Shown here one piece after another: positions 9,499-19,178 of a stretch of DNA of 64,000 nt; positions within the stretch are counted from its first letter, which is position 1, and the number at the start of each line of letters is the position of its first letter. The translations under genes were made by a program, and so were the position numbers. A model generated the notes under the pieces. That model saw nothing but the letters and a program-made list of their open reading frames with translations. It was not told where the DNA came from and ran no database searches. Origin of the DNA: Parcubacteria group bacterium GW2011_GWA2_42_14 (GTDB taxonomy: Bacteria; Patescibacteriota; Minisyncoccia; Sungbacterales; GWA2-42-14); NCBI GenBank assembly GCA_000998135.1, contig LCCV01000002.1:29421-93420 (forward strand), given 5' to 3'.

Positions 9499-10587
9499 AT
9501 GAAAAAAGAAATAAAAATAGAACCCAATATTTGTAACGTCTGCCAAGAACCCAGGTTACAATATGCTTTCTCCGCCCACGATTATATCACGGACGAAAAT
9601 TTTGAGTTATGGCTATGTCCCGATTGCCAAGCCATGGCAACCATGCCGCGATTAAATGACGAGGAACTGCAAAAATATTATCAAGGCGTATATTATGGCA
9701 GAAGAAAATCATTCGTTGACCAATTTATTAATAACGAAAGGGTTTGGACCATTAAAAAACTTTACAAAACTTATCTCAAAAATTACTCTTTCGGTCATTC
9801 TGCCGCCAGAGGCGAGCCTCGCCTTCGGCGGGAGCGAGGCGAAGAATCTCATGATACTCTATCAAGCGATAAACCTGAGATCCTTCACTTCGTTCAGGAC
9901 GACAATATGTCGATTTTAGATATCGGCTGCGGGAACGGTTTATTTCTAAATGGCCTTAAAAAAATAGGATGGAAAATTGCCGGAACAGAACTCGCGCCGG
10001 AAAGCCATGTGCATCCTGATATATCGCCATTCGTCTGCAACAAGCCGGTTAACGAATGTACTTTTACCGGAGAATCATTTGACATCATTACCATGTGGCA
10101 TACATTGGAACATTTCATAAATCCGTCTCTGTATCTTCGTGATGCTAACAGAATTTTAAAAAGAAGCGGAGTTTTAATTATTGAAGTTCCCAACTTCAAA
10201 TCATGGCAATTTTTGATAACAGGCAAACACTGGTTTCCACTGGAAATTCCCCGACACCGCACACATTTTTCTCCCCAAGCCATTAAAATAATTTTGGAAA
10301 AAACCGAATTTCAGATAGTGCGGATATCCTACGGAAACTTTTTTTATGATGTTTTTGGGTTCACGCAAAGCATATTAAACTCCTTGTGCCGGCAAAAAAA
10401 TATCCTTTTTAATATCTTAAACGGAAAACTTTCTGCTTCTATCAACGGAGTACGAAGCGTATTTGATGTTTTTATAACAGTAGTACTCACTCCCCCGCTT
10501 TCAATTATCGGCATAATATTGTTTTTTATAGAAATCGCGACAAAACACGGAGGAACTATGCGGATTTATTCCAAAAAAACATCATAG
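9499..10587 (+). CDS. Class I SAM methyltransferase with N-terminal Zn-ribbon. Carries an in-frame repeat-derived insert.
   Basis: CxxC...CxxC N-terminus and motif I ILDIGCGNGLF. Nucleotides about 9797-9910 (peptide GHSAARGEPRLRRERGEESHDTLSSDKPEILHFVQDD) match repeat families found elsewhere in the window. Confidence 0.7.
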   Translation: MKKEIKIEPNICNVCQEPRLQYAFSAHDYITDENFELWLCPDCQAMATMPRLNDEELQKYYQGVYYGRRKSFVDQFINNERVWTIKKLYKTYLKNYSFGHSAARGEPRLRRERGEESHDTLSSDKPEILHFVQDDNMSILDIGCGNGLFLNGLKKIGWKIAGTELAPESHVHPDISPFVCNKPVNECTFTGESFDIITMWHTLEHFINPSLYLRDANRILKRSGVLIIEVPNFKSWQFLITGKHWFPLEIPRHRTHFSPQAIKIILEKTEFQIVRISYGNFFYDVFGFTQSILNSLCRQKNILFNILNGKLSASINGVRSVFDVFITVVLTPPLSIIGIILFFIEIATKHGGTMRIYSKKTS

Positions 10588-10640
10588 CAACACCGAGTGT
10601 TGCTAAACCCATTAAGCAACACTCAGTGTTGCTTACGGCT
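10588..10640. terminator. Two tandem perfect hairpins between convergent genes (candidate bidirectional terminator).
   Basis: agcaacaccgagtgttgct and agcaacactcagtgttgct each form 7-8 bp stems. There are no strong T-tracts. The same caacaccgagtg palindrome recurs inside CDS 35352..39356. Confidence 0.35.
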
Positions 10641-12221
10641 AATTAAAAATTTTATTTTAGAAAATACAAAAACTACTCCGGTAGCTACAAAAATGAAATA
10701 AAACGGCGCAAAAGGAACACGATAACGGGCGTTTAGGGCCGCTGAAACAGGCAAGGAAACCAAAACCGTTAAAAATATCAAAGCGATGAGAAAATAAGCC
10801 ATCGCTTTTTGGTTATAAACGCCGTTTCTAACTAAAACCCAAGCTCCCAAAACCGATAAAACCCAAAAAACCAACCAAACAACGCGCATGGCATAAGGTA
10901 TAAGATACTGCCCCTTAAGATACGGCAACATATCGCGCCAGGCCGATGGCCCTTTTTGGAGTAAAAGCAAAGATAGCGGTATTGGAGGGCGCTTGGCATC
11001 GGGCAATAAACGGGAATGATTCAAAATATAAAGCAAATCATCCTGTGTAAATAACGTCTGAACCGAATTCAATTGCACCAAAATAGTTTCTTTGGGATGC
11101 TCTTTTAATATTTCAATCGTGCGCTCTTTTAAAAGCGGAATAAATTTAACATCAAATAATTCATGCTCATCGGCGCGGGAAATATACCCTTCGTTTTTTA
11201 ACTGATTCATCAGGTTCTCCAAACTTTGAATATATGACTTCTGGCTGACTGTTGCATTAACCATGGCCGCCATTCTTGTATACATATTATACCAACCGAG
11301 CGTGGAAAGAGTAAATTGTCCGGAGACCTGTTTATTCCGGTACATCCAAGGAACGACCAAGGCCAAAGCTATAAATAAAAAACAAAGTGCCGGTGCCATC
11401 ATTCTGCCGCCAGAGGCGAGCCTCGCTTTCAGCGGGAGCAATGCTAAAAATCCGGCGTCCGTTGTCGCCCTGAACGCAATGAAGGGTCTAAATAATAAAT
11501 TAAAGACCCTTCGGGCTAAACCCTCAGGATGACGTACCGCGCCAGTTCCTTCGCTAACGCCCAAGATGACGCCGTTTCGACGAACCGAAGATATTACCAA
11601 AAAAATAAAAATAAGCGGAAACGCGTAATAAAAAAACGGGCGAGTTAAGGCGGCGAATCCCGACAAAAAACCTATAACGGCGGCTTTTTTAAAACTAGGC
11701 GTTTCAATATATTGATATATTAAAACAACAGCCAGGACCGTAATAAAAACAAAAATACTTTCGGTATTAAGGGTAAGAGTATGAACCGCTATGTGATAGT
11801 CAAAAACTGTTAAAAATCCCGCTATAGCAGATGTTTTTAAATTATCCGTAATCCTTAAGCATAACCAAAATATAAAAACCGGAACAAATGAATTTAAAAC
11901 GGCCTCAAACAAAGAAGCGGGCCAATAAACGCCGAATAAATAATAAAATAATGAAAGAAAAACAGGATAGCCGGGAGTGCGAAGGGTATGCGGTTCAAAA
12001 GGCAACGAATCGCTTAAAGAAAAACCGTTTCCAAGCGATAAATTCCTGGCCAAGGCCATATAATTATTGGCGTCAATCCAGGCCAAACCGCTCCATTCGC
12101 CTAAACGGAAAAATAAAATACCAAATATAAAAAGACGGACGCCAAGCGCCGTTATAAAAATGACCAGTGCGAGACGAAAATATTTTTTGTCAGAAAAAAG
12201 ATATGAAAAAAGTCCGTTCAC
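10623..12221 (-). CDS. Polytopic membrane glycosyltransferase, ArnT/PMT-like (GT39/GT83 family). Carries an in-frame repeat insert.
   Basis: N-terminal multi-TM region with GYPVFLSLFYYLFG-type loop typical of the lipid-carrier-dependent GT-C fold. Residues GTGAVRHPEGLARRV...LASGG are encoded by repeat sequence 11395-11560. Confidence 0.6.
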   Translation of the reverse strand: MNGLFSYLFSDKKYFRLALVIFITALGVRLFIFGILFFRLGEWSGLAWIDANNYMALARNLSLGNGFSLSDSLPFEPHTLRTPGYPVFLSLFYYLFGVYWPASLFEAVLNSFVPVFIFWLCLRITDNLKTSAIAGFLTVFDYHIAVHTLTLNTESIFVFITVLAVVLIYQYIETPSFKKAAVIGFLSGFAALTRPFFYYAFPLIFIFLVISSVRRNGVILGVSEGTGAVRHPEGLARRVFNLLFRPFIAFRATTDAGFLALLPLKARLASGGRMMAPALCFLFIALALVVPWMYRNKQVSGQFTLSTLGWYNMYTRMAAMVNATVSQKSYIQSLENLMNQLKNEGYISRADEHELFDVKFIPLLKERTIEILKEHPKETILVQLNSVQTLFTQDDLLYILNHSRLLPDAKRPPIPLSLLLLQKGPSAWRDMLPYLKGQYLIPYAMRVVWLVFWVLSVLGAWVLVRNGVYNQKAMAYFLIALIFLTVLVSLPVSAALNARYRVPFAPFYFIFVATGVVFVFSKIKFLISRKQH

Positions 12222-12332
12222 TCAAGCCGTTATTGTCCGAGCTTGTCGAGGACTTTACATTTTACATTAATGTTAACTTCTCGACTCGGCTCGAAGAATA
12301 ACCATATTACGCTCGTTTTCGCAGACAAACAG

Positions 12333-13343
12333 TTAAAATAACCTATCTTTCCAAGTAGACGGCGTTTTATCATTTATTATTTCCAGAGCCATGTGATACC
12401 TGAATGGGCGCGCCCCTCTTTCTTTAATCCAATCAATCATTTCCGACAGGCCGCGGTCAAGCGTATAAGTTGTTTTATAATCCAAAAGGCGACGGGATTT
12501 TTCCGCGGAACAAGTGGCGTACTTAACCTCCATCGGCCTATCACCCACATAAACAGGTTTCAGGGATTTAAAATCCATAAGGACTGCTATTCTTTGAGCA
12601 AGTTCGTTGACGCTTACATATTCTTCATCAGGACCGACATTTATCGCCTCACCTACGACATTCGGCTGAAACCCCATTTTTACCAGAGGGTCAACTACGT
12701 CATTCACAAAAGAAAAACCTCGCTTCTGCTCTCCATCGCCATAAATAATGGGCTGCCTCCCTTGTAGCATCAAATTAATCATAATGGACGCCACATTGCG
12801 ATATGGGTCATCATATTTCTGACGGGGACCGATAATGTTATGGGGAATAGCATGCACATATTCCAAACCATGCGCCCTGCACAAACTCTCGGTAACAAGT
12901 TCAGCCGCGTATTTGGCCACGCCATAAGGGTCTTTGGGTTTGGGTGCCATGTCTTCGGTAAAGGGCAAACGCTCCTGCTCGCCGTATCTGGCCATGCTTG
13001 AACAAAAAACAACCCGTTTGACGGAATTGATAACTGCGGCGCTTACCGTGGCCACCGTAGAATTATAAGTATGCTCGGTGATAATATTAGGCGAAAATAC
13101 GGAAAGGCCCTCATGCGGAGCGGCGGCGCAGTGATACACAATATCAACCCCCTTAGTAAGGGATTTCATTTTATCAAAATCGCGGGAATCATCTTTATAA
13201 AATTCCACGTCATTGGAAACATTATCCTCATATCCGCCCAAAAGATTATCCACTCCTACAACTTTATGGCCATCGCGAATAAGCCAATCCGCAAGGTGAC
13301 TCCCTAAAAAACCGGCAACGCCTGTTATAAGAATTTTAGACAT
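12333..13343 (-). CDS. NAD-dependent sugar epimerase/dehydratase (GalE/UXS-like).
   Basis: ILITGVAGFLGSHLADWL Rossmann motif. PYGVAKYAAE (YxxxK). Confidence 0.8.
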   Translation of the reverse strand: MSKILITGVAGFLGSHLADWLIRDGHKVVGVDNLLGGYEDNVSNDVEFYKDDSRDFDKMKSLTKGVDIVYHCAAAPHEGLSVFSPNIITEHTYNSTVATVSAAVINSVKRVVFCSSMARYGEQERLPFTEDMAPKPKDPYGVAKYAAELVTESLCRAHGLEYVHAIPHNIIGPRQKYDDPYRNVASIMINLMLQGRQPIIYGDGEQKRGFSFVNDVVDPLVKMGFQPNVVGEAINVGPDEEYVSVNELAQRIAVLMDFKSLKPVYVGDRPMEVKYATCSAEKSRRLLDYKTTYTLDRGLSEMIDWIKERGARPFRYHMALEIINDKTPSTWKDRLF

Positions 13344-13385
13344 ATCTCTAAAAGATTAACGAAATATAAACAAATAGTCAATAGT

Positions 13386-13415
13386 TTGACAAATTAATAC
13401 TAAAAATGTTATAAT
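13386..13415 (+). promoter_or_regulatory. Sigma70-like promoter (TTGACA - 18 bp - TGtTATAAT, extended -10) for the downstream + strand gene.
   Basis: Perfect -35 TTGACA at 13386-13391 and TATAAT at 13410-13415 with TG at -15/-14. It lies 58 bp upstream of ATG 13474. Confidence 0.45.
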
Positions 13416-13473
13416 TTAAATAAGGTACTTGAAACTGCAATCATTCCACCAACCACAGAAGAAAGGCGGCTAA

Positions 13474-14013
13474 ATGAAGCCAACTGCGGTGTATGTACCG
13501 TCGCTCTGCCTTACCCATGATGGCTCACGCCTTACGGCGATGAATGAAACGGCTACAAGAAAAGCTGCAAAACTTGTCCGAGACGGTCAGGCAACTCACC
13601 TTATCTTCTCAACTGCTTACGATACGTGGAAACGAGAAGCTGAACTAAAAAAAGATATTGCGGTATCTCTCGATGTCAAACCCAGCGCCATACACATCAT
13701 TCCGTCTGCCACAACAACATATAACGAAACTGCTCAATTGGCAAAATTGATTAATACCCTCGGCATCAATTCACTCATACTCGTTACAGACAAATGGCAC
13801 ATGCCTCGGGCGTCCCTCGCAATACGGATAGTAGTTCCCAAGGTCCAACTCGAAAAAGTATCAATAACAACTCCGTATTATGAACGAACTCACCATCCGG
13901 CAGGAATTATTCCGCAAATTAAAAGTATCCGAGATAGTTCTATGCCATTTTGGATCTTATTTAACTTGTTCTTTTTTATTATCACGCCGATTATGATGCG
14001 GCGGCAAAAATAA
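13474..14013 (+). CDS. DUF218 (YdcF/ElyC/SanA-like) domain protein.
   Basis: LIFSTAYDTWKRE...LVTDKWHMPRA pattern resembles the DUF218 fold (HxxRA). Confidence 0.5.
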   Translation: MKPTAVYVPSLCLTHDGSRLTAMNETATRKAAKLVRDGQATHLIFSTAYDTWKREAELKKDIAVSLDVKPSAIHIIPSATTTYNETAQLAKLINTLGINSLILVTDKWHMPRASLAIRIVVPKVQLEKVSITTPYYERTHHPAGIIPQIKSIRDSSMPFWILFNLFFFIITPIMMRRQK

Positions 14014-14056
14014 TTAAACGGGGTACCAAAAACGGTACCCCGAAACTATTTATTCG

Positions 14057-14833
14057 CTACACACCATATTTTCCTAAAATATATTTAGCCATTATTCCCA
14101 AAACGTGAAACCCATATTGAATCGGCTTGACGTGGCTTACTTCATCGGCATATTGAGTAGGGATGGGAATTTCCTTGACGCGCAGTCCTTTTTTTGCGCC
14201 GACAAAAAGCATTTCACCGTCAAAATGAAAAGTATTGGAAAATTTTTGAAATGGGATTGTTTCCAATGCTTTTCGCGAATAAAGCATATAACCGGAATGA
14301 TATTCGGCAAAGTTAAGGCCATAAACAAAATTTTCAAGTGTACTTAAACCGACATTAGCAATGAATTTATAAATCGGCATTCCGCCCCTAAGAGCGGCTT
14401 TTTTATCCATCATGCGCGAGCCCTGAACAATATCCGCGGTTTCCCCCTCAAGCGGTTTAAGAAGCTCTGGAAGCATTTCCGGAGCGTACTGGCAATCAGA
14501 ATGGAGCAATATGGCGATATCCGCTCCTTCAGCAAGCGCCCTTAAAAACCCGTCCTTTTGCGCCTTGGCATATCCTTCGTTTTTTGGTTTATCAATAACC
14601 TGAATTTCCGGCCAACGGCTTTGGATTTCTTTTATTTTTTTTGCCGTATCGTCATTACTACCATCATTAACAATAATAACCACAGGAGACTTTTTCCAAA
14701 TTTCTTGAGGAATTCTTTCAAAAACCGAAACAATTTTTGAAGCGGCATTATAGGCGGGAACGATTATATATATGTTCATTATTGAATTTAGAAGCAATAA
14801 TAAACGCAAACGACTACGCAACATTAGACGCAA
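14057..14833 (-). CDS. GT2 family glycosyltransferase.
   Basis: IYIIVPAYNAASKI...VVIIVNDGSNDDT...DxD region. The likely start is the internal Met MNIYIIV. Confidence 0.8.
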   Translation of the reverse strand: MRLMLRSRLRLLLLLNSIMNIYIIVPAYNAASKIVSVFERIPQEIWKKSPVVIIVNDGSNDDTAKKIKEIQSRWPEIQVIDKPKNEGYAKAQKDGFLRALAEGADIAILLHSDCQYAPEMLPELLKPLEGETADIVQGSRMMDKKAALRGGMPIYKFIANVGLSTLENFVYGLNFAEYHSGYMLYSRKALETIPFQKFSNTFHFDGEMLFVGAKKGLRVKEIPIPTQYADEVSHVKPIQYGFHVLGIMAKYILGKYGV

Positions 14834-14841
14834 TCCTGCGT

Positions 14842-16266
14842 TTAATTTTGCGTTATAATCTTGCGTATAATTTTGCTTCTACTTAACCCAACCACTGCCG
14901 CGAGCATAATCAAGGGCTCAATCGGATATCTTACGCGCCCTTCAATTCCGAATCCGGCTCCAAAAGCCATCACGGTATAATAAACAAAAATAAGGCCGGC
15001 AAGTACCGCAAATGACTTTTGAGAATAATCGCCCGATTTATACAAGGTCCAAATTCCTAAAACGGCGGACATCGCCAAAATAAGGCGCAAAATCTTTCCG
15101 CCCAAAGAAACGAGATAATACGGAGCAGCTATAAACTTAAGCGTTCCATAAAAAGCTTCGCCGATTTTTCCCTGAAACAAAAGCTGGGTTGGCGGAATAA
15201 TATAGACAGGTTTTTCCAACACCGTAAAAAAATAGGTAAGGAAATATGAGTAATTATGAGATGACCAAAAACTTATGGTAGTAAGAATGGCAAGCTTCAT
15301 GGTACTTCCCAAATTTTGCACGGCAAATTCAACGCCCTTTTTTTGCATCACCTCGGCCAAGTTCAAATTGCTTGCCACAACAATGATATCAGTACCGGTT
15401 TCCTCTTTCCATGAATCAATTCTTATTTTCTTTCCCTCTTCGTAGCTTATGCCATCCCGCAATGAAAGGATTGAGGCGCCGTCATAAACATAAAGATTAT
15501 ATGCCTCATGAGAACTCATCTGCCAAAGACCGAAGTGATAATAATTTCTTAAAAACCAGGGGAAAATCATAGCTATAAAAACAGAAAGAAAAATGACGGC
15601 AGCCGTAAAAACCTTCTTTGTATCTGCCCTAATCAACCGCAAATAAAATATAATCGCGGCCAGATACAAAAATACCAAATAATTGGAAACTTTCACATAC
15701 GCCGCCAGCCCCAATGAAATACTTGATAACAAAATATTTGCCGTAAGACCGCTTTTCATTATTCTTGCAAAAAATAAAACGCCGGCCATAAACAAAAACC
15801 CATAAAGCGCTTCGGTCATATAAACAATGCTAAAAATTACCAAATGCGGTTCAAGAGCGCTAAGCAGCGCGCCAGCTAAATTTATTTTGGGGGAAAATTC
15901 CAAAATACGACCGATTCTTAAAATAATTACTGAAACCAGCGACGACAAAAAAATCTGCGCTATTAAAGCAGGCCAAAAACTACCGAACAAAAACATGGAT
16001 ACTGCAAGAAAAAACGGATAACCGGGAACAAAAAGCACATGCGGAGTTAATCCGCCATCACGGCTAAAACCCATTCCCGAAACAATGGAACGCGCCATAT
16101 CAATAAAACCGCCGGAATCGCTCAAATACAAAATTCCTTCGCCATGATTATAAAGGGCAAGAAATAAAGCTATCAGCCTTACTGAAAGCGCAATTCCAAA
16201 AATAATAATTTCTATTTTGTATTTCTGAAAAAAATCCTGTGAAAATGATGCCATAAGAAAAATCAT
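14842..16266 (-). CDS. Polytopic membrane glycosyltransferase, ArnT/PMT-like (GT39/GT83).
   Basis: More than 10 predicted TM helices and an N-terminal loop FVPGYPFFLAVSMFLFG. Adjacent to a GT2 lipid-sugar synthase gene. Confidence 0.6.
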   Translation of the reverse strand: MIFLMASFSQDFFQKYKIEIIIFGIALSVRLIALFLALYNHGEGILYLSDSGGFIDMARSIVSGMGFSRDGGLTPHVLFVPGYPFFLAVSMFLFGSFWPALIAQIFLSSLVSVIILRIGRILEFSPKINLAGALLSALEPHLVIFSIVYMTEALYGFLFMAGVLFFARIMKSGLTANILLSSISLGLAAYVKVSNYLVFLYLAAIIFYLRLIRADTKKVFTAAVIFLSVFIAMIFPWFLRNYYHFGLWQMSSHEAYNLYVYDGASILSLRDGISYEEGKKIRIDSWKEETGTDIIVVASNLNLAEVMQKKGVEFAVQNLGSTMKLAILTTISFWSSHNYSYFLTYFFTVLEKPVYIIPPTQLLFQGKIGEAFYGTLKFIAAPYYLVSLGGKILRLILAMSAVLGIWTLYKSGDYSQKSFAVLAGLIFVYYTVMAFGAGFGIEGRVRYPIEPLIMLAAVVGLSRSKIIRKIITQN

Positions 16267-16323
16267 ACCACAAAATAATGTTTTTACAATGAAAAAAGCC
16301 CATATTATGGGCTTTAAAATGGC

Positions 16324-16707
16324 TTAAATATGCGGATTTATCCACCAAACAAAGAAAACTGCCCCGGCAAGGTCGGCAAAAAGGTCGCCGGCCGAGTCCC
16401 CCAAAAATTCTTTAATTCGGAAATTCGCGCCAAAAACATTAAAATCATGATAAAACTGATATACTTCCCACAAAAAACCGATGGTTAAAACCATGCCGAT
16501 AATCAGCCGCGCGTCTTTAAAAAAAACCGAGAGAAGAAGGGCTATAAAAATTGACATTAAAATGTGAAAGACCTTATCAATATTGGATGATTCCGAAAAT
16601 TTATCTCCAAGCCGCCAGGAAATAAAGAATAAAATCAAAACACCGAGCAGGAATGCAAGTATTCTCAACCGGCACCTCTTTAAACTTAACCAACGCCCAT
16701 CCTGCAA
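16324..16707 (-). CDS. VanZ-like small membrane protein.
   Basis: WEVYQ...R...GDSAGDLFADLAGAVFF matches the VanZ family conserved E-x-x-Q / R / D...D...G pattern. Has 3-4 TM helices. Confidence 0.4.
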   Translation of the reverse strand: MQDGRWLSLKRCRLRILAFLLGVLILFFISWRLGDKFSESSNIDKVFHILMSIFIALLLSVFFKDARLIIGMVLTIGFLWEVYQFYHDFNVFGANFRIKEFLGDSAGDLFADLAGAVFFVWWINPHI

Positions 16708-16843
16708 GAATAGCGCCGGAAACCGATAAAGTCAAAACAAGCATTAGGCAATAGGGCCAAACTTCATTTTTAAAAAATATCCCTCTTATGCGCTTAAGCG
16801 CTTAAAAGGGATAAAATCAAAAAGGCAGAATATTAACGCTTAT

Positions 16844-18331
16844 TTATATCAAGCCGCTGATTTTTTCAAAGATTCTATCAAAATTCCTGACGACATCAAA
16901 AATGGTATTGCCGAAAAGAATGATGAAAACTAAAAATAAAATTTTAAGATTTTTATATTGACCATTTTTAATAAATTTTATAGCTTCCATAATACCTACT
17001 CCGGCAAAAATCGCGAAAAAAGCGTAAGAAGGATAACGATAGCGAGTCTCAACCACAATAAAAACAACCGGCAAAACTACGGCGGCCAGAAACGCTAATA
17101 ACCACATCTTGTTTGTGGTGAAAAACGTGTATGGTAAATCCTTCGACTTCGCTTCGCTGCGCTCAGGAAATAATTTATTGCCTGAACCTGTCGAAGGCAT
17201 ACCTTTCTTTGAACTCCAGATTGCTTCTACAATTCCGTAGAAACCGAAGGTAAAAATAATTACCGACCATAAGGAGGAAAGCGACAAAACGACCGCCTGC
17301 CAAGGACTTCCAAAAAGATACGGCCACCAGCCGGTGGGACGCGCAAAACTAAAATACATGGAAATTCTGAAAAAAGTTATTTTTATGAATTCCAGCGGAT
17401 TAAAAAGTATGAAAATGATAGCTTCTTTTGCCGCCAAACGATCCCCGGTAACCATGTCATAATCATTATATTTAGCGGTAAATTGTATGCGCGAATCGTC
17501 AAGTTCTCCGGACGAGCCGGGGTGATTTCCGGATAAAAGGTCGTCCCCAAACGTTAAACTTGTCGGAATAAAAGCGCCATACACCTTGAAATTGCGGATT
17601 GTCCAAGGAGTCATCACCGCCAGAATGACCGCCGTAAAAATCGCCAAACTGATAAACAATTTCTTTTTGTAAAAAAAATAAATAAAGGGCAAAAAAATCA
17701 AAAGCAAAGGAGTTCTCACAAGAACAGACGCGGCAAAAACAAAACCGAGAAGCGCGGCCAATTTAATGCCCGATTTATCAAGTATGCGAAAAAAAATAAA
17801 AATGGATAACAGCATTAAAAAAATAGCGAGGGTTTCGGCAAGAAGCATGGAACTGCCGATTATTAAATCGGGGTAAAAACCGAATATAACAGCCGCAATT
17901 AAAGCGGCGGCACGCACGTTTAAGGTCGGACCTTCCGCGGAAGGTCCGACCTTTCGCATAATCAAAAAAACCAAAAGAACTGACAAAGCGTGAAATATCG
18001 CCTGCAAGAACCAAACTACCTCATAATGATGCCCAAAAATAAAATAAACCCCCACCAGAAAAAATTCATAGCCCGGGCCTACCCTGCCGATAGAATTATC
18101 TTTTTCAAACGGAAGGTCAAAATTTTGGCGATAACCATGACCATTTAATATATTCACGGCAATACGGTCATAAGCTCCGGCATCAACCGAAGGTTCAATC
18201 TGAAAATAAAAAGAATGGGTCAAAGACAGCAAAAAAGAGGCAAATACAATGCCCCAAAGCAACTTTTTCCAATTCGCATTAACAAAATTCAAAGCACAAA
18301 GCACCAAATCCCAAATAAATTCAAACTTCAA
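16844..18331 (-). CDS. Polytopic membrane glycosyltransferase, ArnT/PMT-like (GT39/GT83). Carries an in-frame repeat insert.
   Basis: N-terminal ...DAGAYDRIAVNILNGHGY... loop and many TM helices. Residues MPSTGSGNKLFPERSEAKSKDLPYT are encoded by palindromic repeat 17130-17215. The annotated N-terminus (MKFEFIWDLVL) lies inside the intergenic IR element 18291-18406, so the real start is probably downstream. Confidence 0.6.
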   Translation of the reverse strand: MKFEFIWDLVLCALNFVNANWKKLLWGIVFASFLLSLTHSFYFQIEPSVDAGAYDRIAVNILNGHGYRQNFDLPFEKDNSIGRVGPGYEFFLVGVYFIFGHHYEVVWFLQAIFHALSVLLVFLIMRKVGPSAEGPTLNVRAAALIAAVIFGFYPDLIIGSSMLLAETLAIFLMLLSIFIFFRILDKSGIKLAALLGFVFAASVLVRTPLLLIFLPFIYFFYKKKLFISLAIFTAVILAVMTPWTIRNFKVYGAFIPTSLTFGDDLLSGNHPGSSGELDDSRIQFTAKYNDYDMVTGDRLAAKEAIIFILFNPLEFIKITFFRISMYFSFARPTGWWPYLFGSPWQAVVLSLSSLWSVIIFTFGFYGIVEAIWSSKKGMPSTGSGNKLFPERSEAKSKDLPYTFFTTNKMWLLAFLAAVVLPVVFIVVETRYRYPSYAFFAIFAGVGIMEAIKFIKNGQYKNLKILFLVFIILFGNTIFDVVRNFDRIFEKISGLI

Positions 18332-18406
18332 AATTCAGATATTAAAACTTATGTATTTTAAGCATTTGGATTTTGATATTATTTGGGATTTGGGATTTTA
18401 AAATTG
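18291..18406. repeat. Intergenic inverted-repeat element (family ccaaatcccaaat...ttcaaaattcaa / ttgRattttgRtattatttgggatttg), copy 1 of 4.
   Basis: Other copies are at 22511-22666, 50333-50457 and 59438-59556. Each lies between the stop of one minus-strand gene and the start of the next. Confidence 0.6.
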
Positions 18407-18413
18407 TGATTTA

Positions 18414-19109
18414 TCAACTAAATAGGTTGAATCGGATTATATGCCAAATTGCCGCTACTCCGTCTTTCCAATTTATTTTTTTTCCTTCTTCATAAGTTCT
18501 TCCGGAATAAGAAATGCCTACTTCGTAAACCCGCCATTTCTTTTTGGCGACTCGCGCGGTTAATTCAACCTCGATTCCGAATCTGTCAGACTGCAATTTG
18601 GGCAAAATTGAATCAATAACTTCTTTCCGGAACGCCTTATATCCGGTTTCAATGTCAGAAAGGTTTAAGTTGGTAAAAATATTGGAAAGAAAAGTTATAA
18701 AAATATTAGCGATATAATGATGAAAGAGAAGTACACGCCTCGGCTGATTGGTAACAAAGCGCGAACCATATACCGCATCCGCCTTGCCGTCTAAAATCGG
18801 TTTAAGCAGGATCGGGTAATCTTTAGGGTCGTATTCCAAATCGGCATCCTGAATTAAAACAATATCTCCGCCTGCCTTTTTAAAACCTGTTTTTAAAGCC
18901 GCTCCCTTTCCCTTGTTCCTCCAATGTTTTTCAACAATAATTCCGATTTCACTTTCAAGCACTTCTTTGGTTGAATCGGTTGAAGCGTCGTCCACAACAA
19001 TAATTTCCTTATCCAAACCCAAAGAATCGGCGGTTTTTACACGTTTAATAATTTCGGAAATAGTTGATGATTCGTTATAGACGGGGATAATTATAGAAAG
19101 TTTATTCAT
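18414..19109 (-). CDS. GT2 family glycosyltransferase.
   Basis: [14 protein letters not shown]...[12 protein letters not shown]...QDADLEYDP. Confidence 0.8.
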   Translation of the reverse strand: MNKLSIIIPVYNESSTISEIIKRVKTADSLGLDKEIIVVDDASTDSTKEVLESEIGIIVEKHWRNKGKGAALKTGFKKAGGDIVLIQDADLEYDPKDYPILLKPILDGKADAVYGSRFVTNQPRRVLLFHHYIANIFITFLSNIFTNLNLSDIETGYKAFRKEVIDSILPKLQSDRFGIEVELTARVAKKKWRVYEVGISYSGRTYEEGKKINWKDGVAAIWHIIRFNLFS

Positions 19110-19178
19110 ATCCCCTACGAATTACGAATGTATTCGAATTACGAATTCGTAATTCGGTTTTATTCGTAATTCGTAGGA

